Assembly: GCF_964355755.1 (NCBI RefSeq)
Contig: NC_092678.1
Span: 1,442,422-1,506,421 of the forward strand
Direction: 5' to 3'
Source: Antedon mediterranea
Taxonomy: Eukaryota; Animalia; Echinodermata
Length of the DNA: 64,000 nucleotides
Shown one piece after another: positions 11,368-26,300 of this stretch (its first letter is position 1; every line of letters starts with the position of its first letter). A model generated the notes under the pieces. It was given only the letters and a program-made list of their open reading frames with translations. It was not told the origin of the DNA and did no database searches. A program made the translations under genes and the position numbers.

Positions 11368-14300
11368 TTATAACTTATTTATTTTTCTATTATCAGCTGT
11401 TCGTATTTTGGTTGATTTCGGTGATTTTCGTTTAACTCTTGTCATTTTGTAGAATTTTTCATAAACTTCACTTGTTAATTCTGTAAAAGAAAAAAAGTTA
11501 TAAATACCTAAAGGCTAAAGCAAGGACGTAAGTCGTCACTTAAGAGAATTGACCAATGACAAGCGACAGTTTGAATAATCCATCGCTTTTGATTGGTCAA
11601 TTCGCTTGCATTGTGGCTTACGTCTTTGCATTGCGTCGTACAATAGTGGGAACCAAGCTTAAGGACGTAAGCGCAACGCAAGTAGATTAATTTTGACATG
11701 TCTTATAACTGTTTACAATTCCATGTTCACATAGTTTGGCTACGTGTCAATGTTTAGATTGCCGTGTAGCTATGAAAGGGATGACGTTATAACAATGTAA
11801 TGTTGTATGCTATCCTCGGGTCAAAGGACACTGAAAGATGAGGAGAACATTATGAGACACCTGATGGGAAATTGTAGTAAAACTAAAACACAGTAAAATG
11901 CAGGTCTTGTAGGTAAAAAGGGGTTTAGAACTGGTATTCCACAAATTGTTGTTTTAGGTCCGTGGGATTCGGATGGTTTTCAGTAATTAATCGAGATTTA
12001 GAAAACTGGAATTCGGCATATTGGTTTTCGGCATACTGGTCTTCGGCATACTGTTCGGCATACCGGTTTTCGGCATTCTGGTTTTCGGGAAACTTGTTTT
12101 TAGAATTGGAATTCTGCATACCGGTTACGATCACGGTTCCTTGTGATCGGCTTAATTTTCGTCGATCCTTTGATATAGGCCTAGAGAGATTTTATATTTT
12201 AATGTGGTTCTCTTTTCAAATAAATAAAACATTTCCTTACGTTTTTTACAATATTTGCCCGTCCATTGCTTGTAACACATGCATTTATCTGGTCCTATAC
12301 AACGACCGTTGTTATTGCAGTCATTCTTACACGAAGCTAAAAAAAATACACAAAGTAAACTAATGAATTAACTAGAAATTAAAATCTGTATAAACAAATA
12401 ATACAACTAAACAAAAATATTGGATTCAAGATTTAATTGCAGTGGTTTGTGTGAGCGTATTTTGCTATTATTCACCTATTTTGCGCCCTTAATTTGGCGT
12501 TGCCAAAATGTCTGTGTATTTTCCCATAATGTTCAGCATCATATTTGTTGATCTTGAGGGAGGGGGAAAGAGTTCGCTAAGTAATGTTGGTTACAATGTA
12601 CGGCTAAACATGTTTTACCTTTAGTCGAATTCATTGAAAATAACATGACGCATTTGAATGGAATTTAAGTTTATTTTCATCAACGTAATTTCATATGTCA
12701 GGTGTAAACACATCTCTGTAATTCATCTAACATTCAACCTCCTAATGTCTTAGTAAAAATAAACCACTCTATGAGAAAACGATCAAGATATATATTTCGC
12801 TCACAAGTTGGTATACTTTTGGCCTATGATAATGCATATGTAATATTTTTGAAACTTTTGGCAGACTATTTGCTAATTGAACCGTGATTTTAGTATGATT
12901 GTATGACTGTACTCTATACCTAATGCTTTTTAAATTTGTTTCTGACAGTGACATAGATATCTAGCTAGATGATCTTTTACATCCGGGATATGTGAATGAA
13001 TGTGAATTGATAGTTTTTAATATAAATTTGATCTTTGTTTAAAAGTGTTTTGCTTACTTTGTCTGTCTCTACAGGACGGTAGGCCTACATAATAGGGTGT
13101 AATATGTAAAAAATGTAAAAAGTAACTGAAACTGATAACCGATGTCCAATAATATTAAATTACCAATTTATTTTATCTACCGTTACGACAGCCTCCTATA
13201 ATACACCAAATGCAGAATTTCCGCAAGTTTGCTAAAATCAGGTTGTCATATTGTTAATTTGACAAAATTATCGAACAGTCTAGTACTGTTCCGTCGAATT
13301 AACCTAAAAATCTACTTTTTAATGAGTTAATTTGCACGGAATGGTCCCAGTGTTCTCAATGCGGCTTCCTCTTTCTAACTTGTGTAAATTATCCATGAAA
13401 CTCCTACTAAACAAATCAAAGTATTCATGGTCTAATTATTTTTGTGTCTTATAAATTAACAATGTATGGGACGCTAAAACCGCATTAAACGAATTGTAAA
13501 AAGAGAAATCAAATTGAGGGTCACGTTTGTACTGACTGTATCAAGAATATGTGATACAGTAGTAGATTTTTGCGCGTGCTTCGAGCCGTACAGCAGCTCA
13601 GCGCATTTTAAAAGCTGCACCAAGAGTTTAATATGACTGCTCCACCTTACCACACATTGAGGGTAAATGAATTTTTAAGCAATCAGAGTTCAAAGTTCAG
13701 TTGGGGCGAATTTCTCTCGAAATTTCTCGTATATACCGTTTCATAATGCTCTTTTTTGTTATCACTATCATTTCAGGTTTTTCTATTTGGTTGTTTAATA
13801 GTAATCTAGATATGAATTATTACATTTCAAATTTTGAAGAGAAACACAGGATTCAACAGAATTAATCGAGGCGCTATCTTGGCTAGACGCTACCATTAAA
13901 ATGTTCACCTAGAGTGAAAGGGCGTGGCTTAGACTTTGAAGATGGCGATAGTAATTAACCTATAACATTTTCTATTTGTTTCCAATCAGTGTGTGAACGT
14001 GACCAGATAGCCTATGCTGTCAAAATATCAACCCCTTTGTAATGTGACTACACGTGGATTCTCACTCGGGAACTCGGTAAGTGCTATACACGTTATTTCA
14101 TATCTTCAAGTTAGTTTTTTTTCGTAACTTTTCTCAAACGTAACATTAAACAGGTTCCTTTAACGTGAATGCATCTTTTAATGTATAACCATACTATAAT
14201 GCCCTGTTAAAAGTATTATTGACCCCAAAGGCTTTCATACCGCACGATGGATACATCCTGTTATGTAACCATTAGTATAATGCACTGTCCTAAAAATATC

Positions 14301-17300
14301 CCTGCAATAGATCGAAATGTCACGAACTTTGACACGGAATTCAAACCGTGATAATTAACTATAAAGCTTGAATGGATTAATTGTGTGTATGTGCAGACAT
14401 TAATGACGTGCCTTTCCACTCGATTCCTCGACACATTTTTGATCGATATGTCAGACGACCAACAGCACAATATGCGTAGGTTCAAGACAATCAAAAATCA
14501 AAGACTCCCTATTTTTAGCGGGTTTTTTCGCCATTACGTTACGGCGTTGTTTTGTAACTTACCCTTTTCGCATATTTTTCCATGATATCCCTCAACGCAT
14601 GAGCACACACCCGGTTTCGTACACGTACCTCCATTGAAACAATGTGGTACACACAAAACTAGAATATTAGAAAAAAACAATTGTAAACTGAATAGCAAAT
14701 ATTAAGATTAATTTAAGTTCTATAAATGTGTATTTGCGGGTTCGGTTACAAAAGTGCGGCAGATAGAAAGAAGAAAGTTCGGCAGAAAAAAGGAAGAAAG
14801 TTCCGCAGATAGAAAGAAGAAAGTTCCGCAGATAGAAAGAAGAAAGTTTCGCCAATAGAAAGAAGAAAGTTTCGCAGATAGAAAGAAGAAAGTTTCGCAG
14901 ATAGAAAGAAGAAAGTTCCGCAGATAGAAAGAAGAAAGTTCCGCAGATAGAAAGAAGAAAGTTCCGCAGATAAAAAGAAGAAAGTTCCGCAGATAAAAAG
15001 AAGAAAGTTCCGCAGATAGAAAGAAGAAAGTTCCGCAGATAGAAAGAAGAAAGTTCCGCAGATAGAAAGAAGAAAGTTCCGCAGATAGAAAGAAGAAAGT
15101 TCCGCAGATAGAAAGTGTGACAAGTACACTACCAATTGCAACTACAAAGTGCACAGTACGACAGCTATTGCAAATCTTTTAAGCTATGTATCTTACCTTG
15201 TCTACATGCCGGGCCATAGTACCCGTCTGGGCACTCACAGACACCGTACTTGCCGCATGATCCTCCATTTTCACAAGCATGCCTACATGGTATAACTGTA
15301 CCTGTATAGTAGACGCAACAACATACATGTTTAGAAATAAATGTGACGTATGGAAGGCCTAATATTATGTACTCTCGTTCATTTACCCCAGGACCCCACC
15401 ACTTTTCTCCCGCCATTCTATACCCTTGGGTGTCCGAAGACATCGATCACAGGGGACATGCATCAACAATCTTACAAAACAATATCCATACATTTAAACT
15501 TGCAATTCACCCTTAAGATGCTAATAGAGAAGAGGTCGTTGATTCGTAATGTACTTTCTGATCTTTCAAACATGAATTCCCAACATAATTTATCATCAGA
15601 ATTTTCATCGGCGGCAAGTAGTGCATTGCTTTTTAATCTTCTTTAAATACCATGTATACATTTTGAATTCCATCCGGGACACCAATTTAGTCGAAGCGGA
15701 ACGACAAAGAAATGTGGAGACGAAGTTAAATGTGGCTTGCTAGGTCGATTGATACGCCATATAAATCATAATAATTTAGTAATATTACCTTCGTAACCTG
15801 GGAGTTTAGGCCTATGTGTGAACGAGGTTTATTAAAGAGTTCAAGAAGGGCGTGCTTTTCGGGGCATCCATGGCCGGTAGGGGAGCGTCTTGACTTTCGT
15901 CTAAGATTTGACAAGAAAACATTTGGCTGTATTAAAGTACAGATGGGGCATCGAGTATTTTGTGACCAGATACAAAATCCTGAAAACGGGTGTAGTTCTT
16001 AGGAATATTAACCGTTTACACTAAACCATGACGGACTAAGAATTAGAATTGGTAGGCCTAATGGTACTAAAATAAGACCAACGAAAAGCAATTATTTTTG
16101 GTTGTACGTCTGAGAATTCCACGTTCTTCTATTACTAATATAGGCCTATCTAGTTTACTCGTGAGAGAAAAAGTTAAAATAACAATTAAATTAAAATCAA
16201 AGTCCAATGTCAATTTGTATAACCACTAGAGGTAGAGGTATAATTTGGATTTTATCCCAAAAGGTAACGAGATATATTTTAAGAGCGGCTTGGGAAGAAA
16301 AAAATATAAACATTGTATTTTAGGTTTCAGCAAAATTCTAAACCATGGATAAATATTGAAGACCAGCTGACAAATTAAACTGCTATGTAATACTAGTCAT
16401 AATGTAATTGAATACGTTAGTGTAATGTTATACCGGTATCAACTTATTAGGAAAATATGAAATTTTATTGGCCAGGAGGAATATATGCGATTCTTAAAAT
16501 TATGATGGTAAAACTATGCCCAAAGACCATGAATAATTACTAGATTTAATTTATGAATTGTGACGAGACCAGCGACATATAGGCCTACCTATTGAGATTG
16601 TACTTATATAAATTTGTTTTCATAAACCCTAGTTAGAAGCGTGTCGCTGAGTTACTGTACCATAGTGGCCCTCTATTTCGATTTGAATTCGCTCCCATGT
16701 CGGTCTTTGTTTTACCCTCCATGCCATCCCTGACAAGAACAGAAGGAGGAATACCCGGCCGCATTATTTTTTCCTATGAAGTTAAGGCAGAAATCATACC
16801 TGACCAAACACTTTACCCGCCGTCTTGATGTATGCCTTCTCCCTCCCATTATTCTGATCTAAGACCATTATTGTCTAACCTCTGATATAAGCCTACTACA
16901 ATGTGTCATGCCAATCATATTTATTCAAACAATACAAGGCTTATTCATTTTTTACGTCATCATGGTACGTCATGCGTTACGTCACGTGTGCTTAGTCTAG
17001 TGTACTTCATTTTACCTTTTGTCTTACCGATATTGCAACGTTTATTGATGTTAATGGTGACTGGTCTGGATTGACGTCTGACGTCACTATTGGTGAAGCT
17101 GAGACTAATATAGACAGATTTCATCTCGCCGTCACCATCTTCACATGGCAGCCAGAGCTGGAACTCTTCAGAAAGAGAGACAAGTGTTTTGTTCAACCTT
17201 TATACAAAGTGCTTTATTTTAGGTTTTTGTTGGATTTTTGCAAATTATGGTATTACGTATACGTGTTACTTGTAAGCAGGCCATCATTCTTAAGATTTAA

Positions 17301-20300
17301 AGTCTGAATGAAGTTAACTGTATGACGTAAGTGTGACGTAGGTCTATATGTTTTTAGATGGTTTTGTCCCCTGTTAAACACCTATTCAAAAGAAATCAAT
17401 ATTGTCCATTTGGCGCTCCATATGTACATTTTTCAACCTAAACCCTTCAAAAACAATTTGTTTTGTCAGTTTGTGATAGACGGCTGAGAGATTTTAATTA
17501 TACAATAATAAAGTGGCTTACCCGATTCGACGTGAGGAACATCTCCAGCGTGTGGTATACTGAGGTATGGTGACGTTGATAGGCCGCTATCGCCCGAGGT
17601 CACCAGTTGATCAATGGAATATTTATACTAAAAACAAACAGAAGTGAACGTGTTACTATAATTGTCTTGTCTTCATCATACCATATATTAAAGATACAGT
17701 TCTTGCTGAATGCCCAATCAAAATAAAATAATCGTTTTAAGATCAATTTTGATTGTACAGGCTGATAAATCGTGATTCTTAGCATTATCAAACCATTATT
17801 TTATAATAATAATAATAATATAATAATATAGATTTCTATAGCGCACATACCGCCACTCAAGAGTGCTCAAGGCGCGTTAAAAATATAAATGAATATAAAT
17901 TCAATATACATACATAACATTGTGGACATTGGATATTTCATTCTTGATATAATAACATATTCATGTTAACATAATAATAGAAATGTATGAATTCTATGAA
18001 AATATGATTGGCGTGTATTCCATTGAAAATGGTTCACAAACAAAAGCATTCGCTCCAGTTATTATTGAGTTTATATACGTTTCAATGAATCTTTAAGAAC
18101 GCTCGAGTTGTGCTGTTGCTTAGCAACGTCAAACATTAAATCAAAGTGGGCATATCATAGATCAATTCTTTGTAATTGATTCGGTCGTAGAATATTTCGT
18201 CAAACTAATTATAATATAATAGATTTATTATTAGTGGTCGCCCTTGATTGGAGATTCAATGTTGTGTTTTGAAACAAATCATGTATGGAAGACTTGCAAA
18301 ACATGCTAGAGATGTAAATATATAAATTGTCGAGCTGGCACAGTTGTTTTTTTAGCTTGAAACAGTTTCGTTTAGAAACGTTTTGTTAAATTTCAAAATT
18401 CATTACTTTATTTAAAATTTACTGTGACCTAACATACAGTATTCCGAATTTCCGCACTAGTATTGTAGTCTTTTCCCTTTTTACTCGACAGTCTAACCTA
18501 AGAGTAAAGTTTTCCAAGTTGTCCGTTTTTCTAAAGACGAAAAAGTGCAGGAGGATAATACTGTAAAATGTTCCTCTGGTTTGTTGTAAATATGAATTCC
18601 GATTAGGACCTGAACGATACACCATAGACCCACGGCAGCACTGCAGCGCCTACCAAATCAACGCACCGAGAGAGGGACTCTATTCGAATAGTGTATCCGA
18701 ATTTAGCACGCATATTGCGTGTTCACGGGACCATTCCACTATGACTGACGGGCCCAACAACTGTATGTCCCATCCGAAGGACGAAACAATAAGAAAAAAC
18801 AAATGAATAGAAGCAGAATAGCCATGTTACAAGATATCTGTCGAAATACGCCTACCTCTTTGTCAGAAAAGTGAAAGTTAATTAGCTCAGGTAGCCGTAA
18901 TAATACGAGAGAGGGTATTCGTTCGGGAAGGTAGTATAGAATAGGCCTCTAACAGAAAGTATTGGATGTACAAGTTTAAAACAACATAAGCCGGAGGATG
19001 GCGACGCAAGCCGGTGGTAATTTGTAATCTACAGCTTACCTAAGCCTATGTAGCTGGGTCGATTAAACAACAGAAAGTTACTTTCAGGTACAGGACTGGA
19101 ATTGTCCAAACCAGGTCAGCTCTGGGGTCAACTGAAGGTAAAAAGAAGCTATAACGCATGTCGAAAATCCGATAGGATTAATAACACGGAATTCCTCTAT
19201 TGAGAATTGATCTTCTGGGAGTAATCTACGGCTCTGTAGACAAAGTGTTGATCAATTTGTACTCGCTTGAAAACATGCCATTGATCTATTGATACGATAT
19301 TGAACTACCCACCTTTAAATGAAAAATGTACACGTTTCTTTTTTTGATTGATTGATGTAATTGTAACAGTCTTAATATTTCTTTAAAAATAAAATGTGCT
19401 GTAGTACATTATAGTACATGAGCCCATACGACTGCTATTCATTTCATACGGTAAAGTAGCAAGTTACAAGTAGGGCCAACAATTTAGACCTACCAATTGT
19501 TTACGATATTCTTATTGTATTGTCATATAAGGCGAATGCGAATGGGACAGTAAAACAATTTCAGTGAGGTTGTCTAATTTACAAAGATATATTTTACCTA
19601 TTTAAGAAGTAATTGTCTGATATGTTAGTGCAGTGCTAGTAGCATGGTTGCCACGAGAAGAATACCCTGTGTTTACAAGCATGTCCGCAAGTGCGTCTGG
19701 TTTTAGAATAAGAGTTTTGAATAGGGAAAATGATCTTGTTAGGTGTAACGAACTATCTGTTACGATCTTTAAATTTCTTCAATACATGGAAGAAAGTATT
19801 TTAGTATGATTTTCCGTTTTGTATTGTTTGTTGTAGGTCTATGTATGGAATGTTTTTACTGAAATTAAGTATAATCAATCAATATTTAATTGAGGAATAA
19901 CCGTTTCTGATTTAATTCAGATAATTACCAAGGAAGGAGCGTGGTCTGTACGTAGGCCTACACTTAGCAATTGTAGATCATTTTTATGTTTAACAACGTA
20001 GGGGTTTGATATTCAACTTCAGTTGGGTAATAAACACGTAGTTAAAATAGTACAGAGAATGCTGGCAACGCTAGTAAACTGACCTTAAAATGTACTAGTT
20101 TATTTTGTAACAAATCGTTAAACTGAAGCTCACCCTGTCACGATGGTTTTGGTTCGTTTTAGAACATGGTGATAGGATCGAGTCTAAGGAGAGAAAAGTA
20201 AAATCCGACGAACCGACGATAACTCATTCACACCTGATCTGTGATAATAGCCTATAAAGGCCTAGGCTAGGTGTATCGAATGATGTCTTTTAAAAAATTT

Positions 20301-23300
20301 TTCCAACATATCGATATGCCTAGCCTACTAACACAATGCACCCTTTTAAGTACCTGTAGAGTAAGGTTGCATTGATCCGACTCTGTCGGGAACCTTTAAA
20401 CCAGTCATCATGGTTACGAAGGAAAACTGCAGTTTTCTATTAATAAAATCGATACTGAAACATTACATTGCCTTGCCTTTTAGATCGAGACAGGGCTATT
20501 GAGGATTAAGCAAACAGTAATCATATCGAGACAGGGCTATTGAGGATTAACCAAACAGTAATCATATCGAGACAGGGCTATTGAGGATTAACCAAACCGT
20601 AATCATAAGGTATCTATAAGGCCTTCTACATCACGAATAAAATCATGTATAGGTCTAGAAAACGATGAAATACTTTCCCTTTAATTCCACCCAGCATGTC
20701 GGCACTGGGAATAAGCTTCATTTCCGTGAGGACGTAACGCAAGGACGATGCTTGGAACCAAAACTATACGCAAACGAGCCGTATGGATCAATTAACTAAT
20801 TAGTTATTGTCTCATCATTAGGCTTAACATGATTTAGTAACACCACATTTGAGTGTCGACTGCAAAGATTCTGATCATGACAGCATCCTTCCGAATGTGA
20901 CCACATAACTGACATAATGCCCTGCGATCTTCCGTAATCCTATAAACGGAAGTACATGGATGTGGGCCTCTGATGTGGTATTGTTAAATTTGTTAATAAT
21001 CATGTTTGAAACGAATGACGTAGTAGAGGGTAAGGGAATACCATCCCGCACAGACGGAAAAAAGTGCACCCTCTTGTTCTGCTTTAAACAACGAGAGACC
21101 ACAAAACATTGTAGCATAAACGTCTTGGTTGTGACGCTTCTGTCAAACTTAGTTCCACCTCAAAATGTGCATCCCCTCCACCTCCCTTTCCATGCCCGAG
21201 CCAGCATACATTTTGTTTGCTTAAACTTGCCATTAATGGTTCACACTAGGACGTACGAGCAACGCAAATAATTTAACCAATCACACGCGATGGATTATTC
21301 GAGCTGTCGCTTGTAATTGGTCAGCTCGCTTGCGTTGCGCTTTTGTCCTTGCATTGTGTCCTAGTGAGAACCAAGCTTTAAACCATTTCTCCATGAATTT
21401 GAAATCTTGGAGTGCCTTGTTTTTGTGATTCTCCAATGCAATCACATCGAATCCACATATGTTTACGCCACTTAACCATCATTACCACCGAACAATATCA
21501 ACATTTCGCCTCAATAGTTAACAAGAATAACTAACTAATATGACTAGGATGTGTGCAGTATAGCTTTACGGATTTTAAGTGACTGCCTGACACCTTTTGC
21601 TTGTGTTTACACTAGCGAGGTTGTTCGCTCTTTTCACGGCTATTAACCACGGTCAGACGAGACCGTTTTTGACACCGATAATCTGGCATGCAAAGGTAAA
21701 CTAGACAACCTGCTTCCAAACAAATCCCCTACCCCTCAGGCCTGGCAAAATAAGCTGTTTTTAAAGGGAATTACTAATGTGTTGAGCACCGACAGGTAAA
21801 CAATATCGTTGTTTTCATGTTCCAGGTAAAACGAATTGTAGGCAGAGTAGGCCTAATGAGAAATTAGCATAAAACAGCTATTTCAAAAGAAACCCCCTGT
21901 GTATTTATTTATCCATTTGAATACATTTTTCCAGTTAAGATTACATCTATTATCTAACGTTTCCAAAATCCCCTGTTGCATCAGTGGTCTTACAGACACC
22001 TGTTAGGCCTACGGGTGTCTTGTATGGATTATATTGTGATCCCTCGTTATTAAACGGCCTAAAGTTACTTTTCACTGACCAATCGAACCGGTAGATCAGT
22101 TTCTTACGGGGCTAAATTCAATTTTACTTGGCCATTAATTTGTTTTTTAATTTATCTGGTTCTAGGATACTGTATATCCACATTCTATATCATATTTGCC
22201 CAGTATACGAGGAATATTTGGTAATACAGCATCTCGTACAGTATCGGACACGCAACGCAAGATTGATGATGTTCTATCGTGAAATGATTGCGCTTAGACC
22301 TACGCCCTTGCGTTGCGTCTCTAGTGGGAATCAAGCTTTAACCTTGGTTCCCACTAGAACGTAACGCAAGGACGTAAACGCAACGCAAGCGTTTTAACCA
22401 ATGACAAGCGAAGTCATAGGCCTAGACAGTTAGCAATCACAAGCGAATAAGCCATCGCTTGTGATTGGTCAATTCACTTGCGTTGCGTTACGTCCCTGCG
22501 TTGCGTCGCTAGTAAACTGTAGTGACTGGTCAAATTATTGCGTTGTGCTTACGTCCTTGCATTTGCGCTGCGAACCAAACTACATGCCTAGCAATGTCTA
22601 TATGATTGCTACCTTAATCAGAGTTGGCTTATTAATTGTTCAAGATACAAATTGCTAGGCCTTGGTTTTTATTGTGTCGTATTATAAACCAATATCAATT
22701 TCGCCAGTGGCTGAGCGATCAACTTGGTATCTTAGAATTTAATTTCTATGGAATGCAATCAAACTACAGGTGTTTGTTCAACTTATACAATAGAATAAAT
22801 TGGTTGCCTTTGTTTGCTTATTTAGCGGAATTGATCGCCAAGCATGCAGAAAATTACTTTAGGAATTTGTATGGTGTTCGATGATGAGTTAATTGCATCT
22901 TACACAACTCGTAACAGGGAGTTTTTGATTCGATGGCCCTCTGTTAATTTACTTCTTATCTACATATTACTACTATAGTAAGATTATTATGGAATAGGGA
23001 ATCTTTTACCTAGGTCTCCTTATATTAATTTATAATAAAATAATAATTTATTTATAAATAATAATAATAATTTATAAATCATGGAAAATAAGCAAAATCT
23101 TTCCATGCGACTAGACTATGATAAAAGTACAAGTATTGTGTGTCGTTTAATTATTAGATTACGACTAGTGCCCACTTGGGAGATGTAAAATGAAGGTTAC
23201 ATCGAGAGAACTAATTGATTTCAAAACGGCACTCGTAAGCTGTCGTCAACAGTGTATTCTATTGGTGCCGTGTTCTATAATGATTCAGTGACGTGGATCG

Positions 23301-26300
23301 CGTATCTTTATATAGCTTTTGAAGAAAATTGAAATCGTTAACATTTACTTCGACTTATACAGACCAAAATGTTTTAAAAACATCTGCAAAAAAACATTAA
23401 AGGGACACTCAACGAAGTCTCCCTTAAATTAAATAAGTTTGTTCCCTTAATGAAGGTTGGCCCTGTTACAGTAGAACCTATATTTATTTCTCGTGTCTTT
23501 CCCCTGATTGGATGTCCCAAAGGAGGACACTGTATTTAGAAAAGAAAGCCGCTCGGCAGACGAGTTCTTTTGAAGGCCATGCGATCATTCTTTAACATGG
23601 GACCGATAATGAAAATATACGGTATCTTATTGTATCCCATGTGTGTAACAAACTAAGTATAAAAGAAACTTTCTCAAACATGATATCTAAAGACTTCGTA
23701 TCCAAAATTCCAATTCAAAACACCCATCGGCGTAAATCAGTTAAATAAATTCACACTTTGTTATAATACTGTTGATTCAATGTATTGTTGAGTTGTGTAA
23801 ATGTTGACTGTGTTTGCTGTCTTTCCCCCAGCGGGACATGACCGACCTATAGGGCCTAGGGTAGGTGAACAGCTAGTTAACTGGGCCTCATGCCTTCAGG
23901 CCTCTCAACATATCAGTTTTCTTGTTGTTATGTGGTAATGTTTTGATAACGACATGACCTAAGATGTTTGTCTTTTATGGTTGACAAATTGAATGTAAAG
24001 TTTCAATGATGTATGGATTCGATCATTTGTGTAAAATTTTGTCTCGCACTTTAAGTCATTCTTTTCATTTAATCATTAAACAATGGTTTCTGATAACAAC
24101 AAAACTGATGAAATAACTAACACAATTATTTTTTACCCACAAAAAGTACCATCTTTAGGCAGTACTCGACCACCATCCACCACCGTCGCACACGATACAA
24201 GTGTCAATTTATACGAATTACGATGTGTGTGTCGGAGGTATATCGGAGTCCGTTGTAAACTCTGATAAGATTCGGATCAGCTTAGACTCGTTCTGTGTAC
24301 ACCTCTCTCTGGTCATGTGAACAGCTAGGGATATTCACATTACAATTTGCACATTGTACCATTCTATATCATTGTACCATTATTAGTATATTCATGGAGA
24401 ATAATTTCTCCCTGGTATATTGTACCATTCTATATATAATTTCCATTCATTCGTAGAAGGTGGCCATATCTTGTTACGGTAACATCTGCCTTGTACGCAA
24501 CAATTTGTTTTTGCAAACACTGATTTGTGCTTCTACAAAATCCATAAAGATTGGAAACCTTCTATTCACTTTGTAAACTTTCCGCCAATCATCCCAAGTG
24601 GCTCATTCAATCATTTTAGGCAGTGCCAGTGGTTACAAAATACCCTCACAGGAGTCGCTTCAGTGAAATCTTTAACTTGTATATCAAAAGTTCGTTGAAA
24701 AAGTATTTCACTTAACTATTGCTACTTATCATTGGATTACGCTACTCTTTATGAGTCCCTTGCGTTTGGTTATAACATGGAATTAGGGTTTAACAATCGA
24801 AGCGCTCAGAAAACCAAACCACATAGTTCTAACCTCCACTATATAAGTCGTTCATTGAACTTCTAAATTGTTAAAACTTGCTTGTTGAAACCAAACGCAA
24901 TTGATAAAACTGAACGCAACAATTGATAAAACTGAACGCAACAATTGATAAAACTGAACGCAATTGATGAAATGAACATACTTGATAAAATGAACATACT
25001 TGATAAAATGAACATACTTGATAAAATGAACATACTTGATAAAATGAACATACTTGATAAAACTGAACTCACTTGATAAAACTGAACTCACTTGATAAAA
25101 CTGAACTCACTTGATGAAATTAACTGAACGCAATTGATAAAATAAAATGAACATAATTGATAAAACTTAACTCGCTTGGTGAAACTAAACTGAACGCAAT
25201 GGATAAACTAAATATAATTGATGAAACTGAACTCACTTGGTGAAACTAACTGAACGCAATTGATAAACTAAATATAATTGATGAAACTGAACTCACTTCT
25301 TGAAACTAACTGAACGCAATTGATAAACTAAATATAATTGATGAAACTGAACTCCTTCGTGAAACTAACTGAACGCAATTGATAAACTAAATGTAATTGA
25401 TGAAACTGAACTTGATGAATTTGGAGTAGAACTATTCTGGGTGTGACACTGTGCTAATTAAATCGCAAAGCTAGGTTGAATAGTGGATGGTAGTTCACAA
25501 GTATCAAAGAGATTATCCACAACTTGGACATTAGTTTCAAAATAGTCATTTTGACATGTTCGTTATATTGACAGATACGGCAATACCAACGTGAGACATG
25601 TCATAAAATCACCACCCTGTCTATTTGAATCAAACACAAAACCGGGCAAAACTGTCAGTGGTCGAAGTTGAAGCGTTTTCTCTGGCTTGCGTGTAGCATT
25701 CTAACGTGACATGACTCAAAAAATTAAACAAGAAAACGTCTGACGGGGTTAGAGCCTAACTGCAAGGAGGTACTTAATTATAACGCTAATTATTTTAGGA
25801 ATTATGACACGGAAATTTCTTCTCTTTGGAGAGGAATAATATCTCGAAGGCAAACGTTTTGGAAAACCACGCACCGTTAATAAAAGTAGGTCTCTATCCT
25901 CTCTCTGAACGTTTGAGGTTTAAGATAACAGACAACATTCCAGACAAGTACGAACGTATAATACCATATAGGCCTACTCATGCATGCCATTGTGTTTGAA
26001 TGTTTCATCCAGATACCACATGCTCATAATTATTAAATATTACAGCCTACATTAGTTGAAGGTCTACACTATCAAACTAGTTTGACAAATGAAGTGTGAT
26101 GTGCTTAAATATGGTTGTAATAATGAGGTCATCCTGTCCATAAATGGGCACATCGCACTTCTTTTGTCAAACAAGTTCGATAGTGTAGACAGAGCTTTAG
26201 ATTGTGTTTATTCCCTAGCCTCAATATAGCATGACGTACAATATCATCTGCTTTGATACGAACTTGAGTAGGCCTAAATATAGCATGACGTAAAATATCG

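Noticed and set aside
14667-15154. Repetitive ORFs (LSAELSSFYLRN..)
   Set aside because: Translations of the 23-bp minisatellite.
20353-20456. Possible extra WIF1 exon (also 18437-18530 and 15789-15900)
   Set aside because: The 17627-17522 exon fits the WIF domain and phases much better. These segments lack family motifs or break phase.
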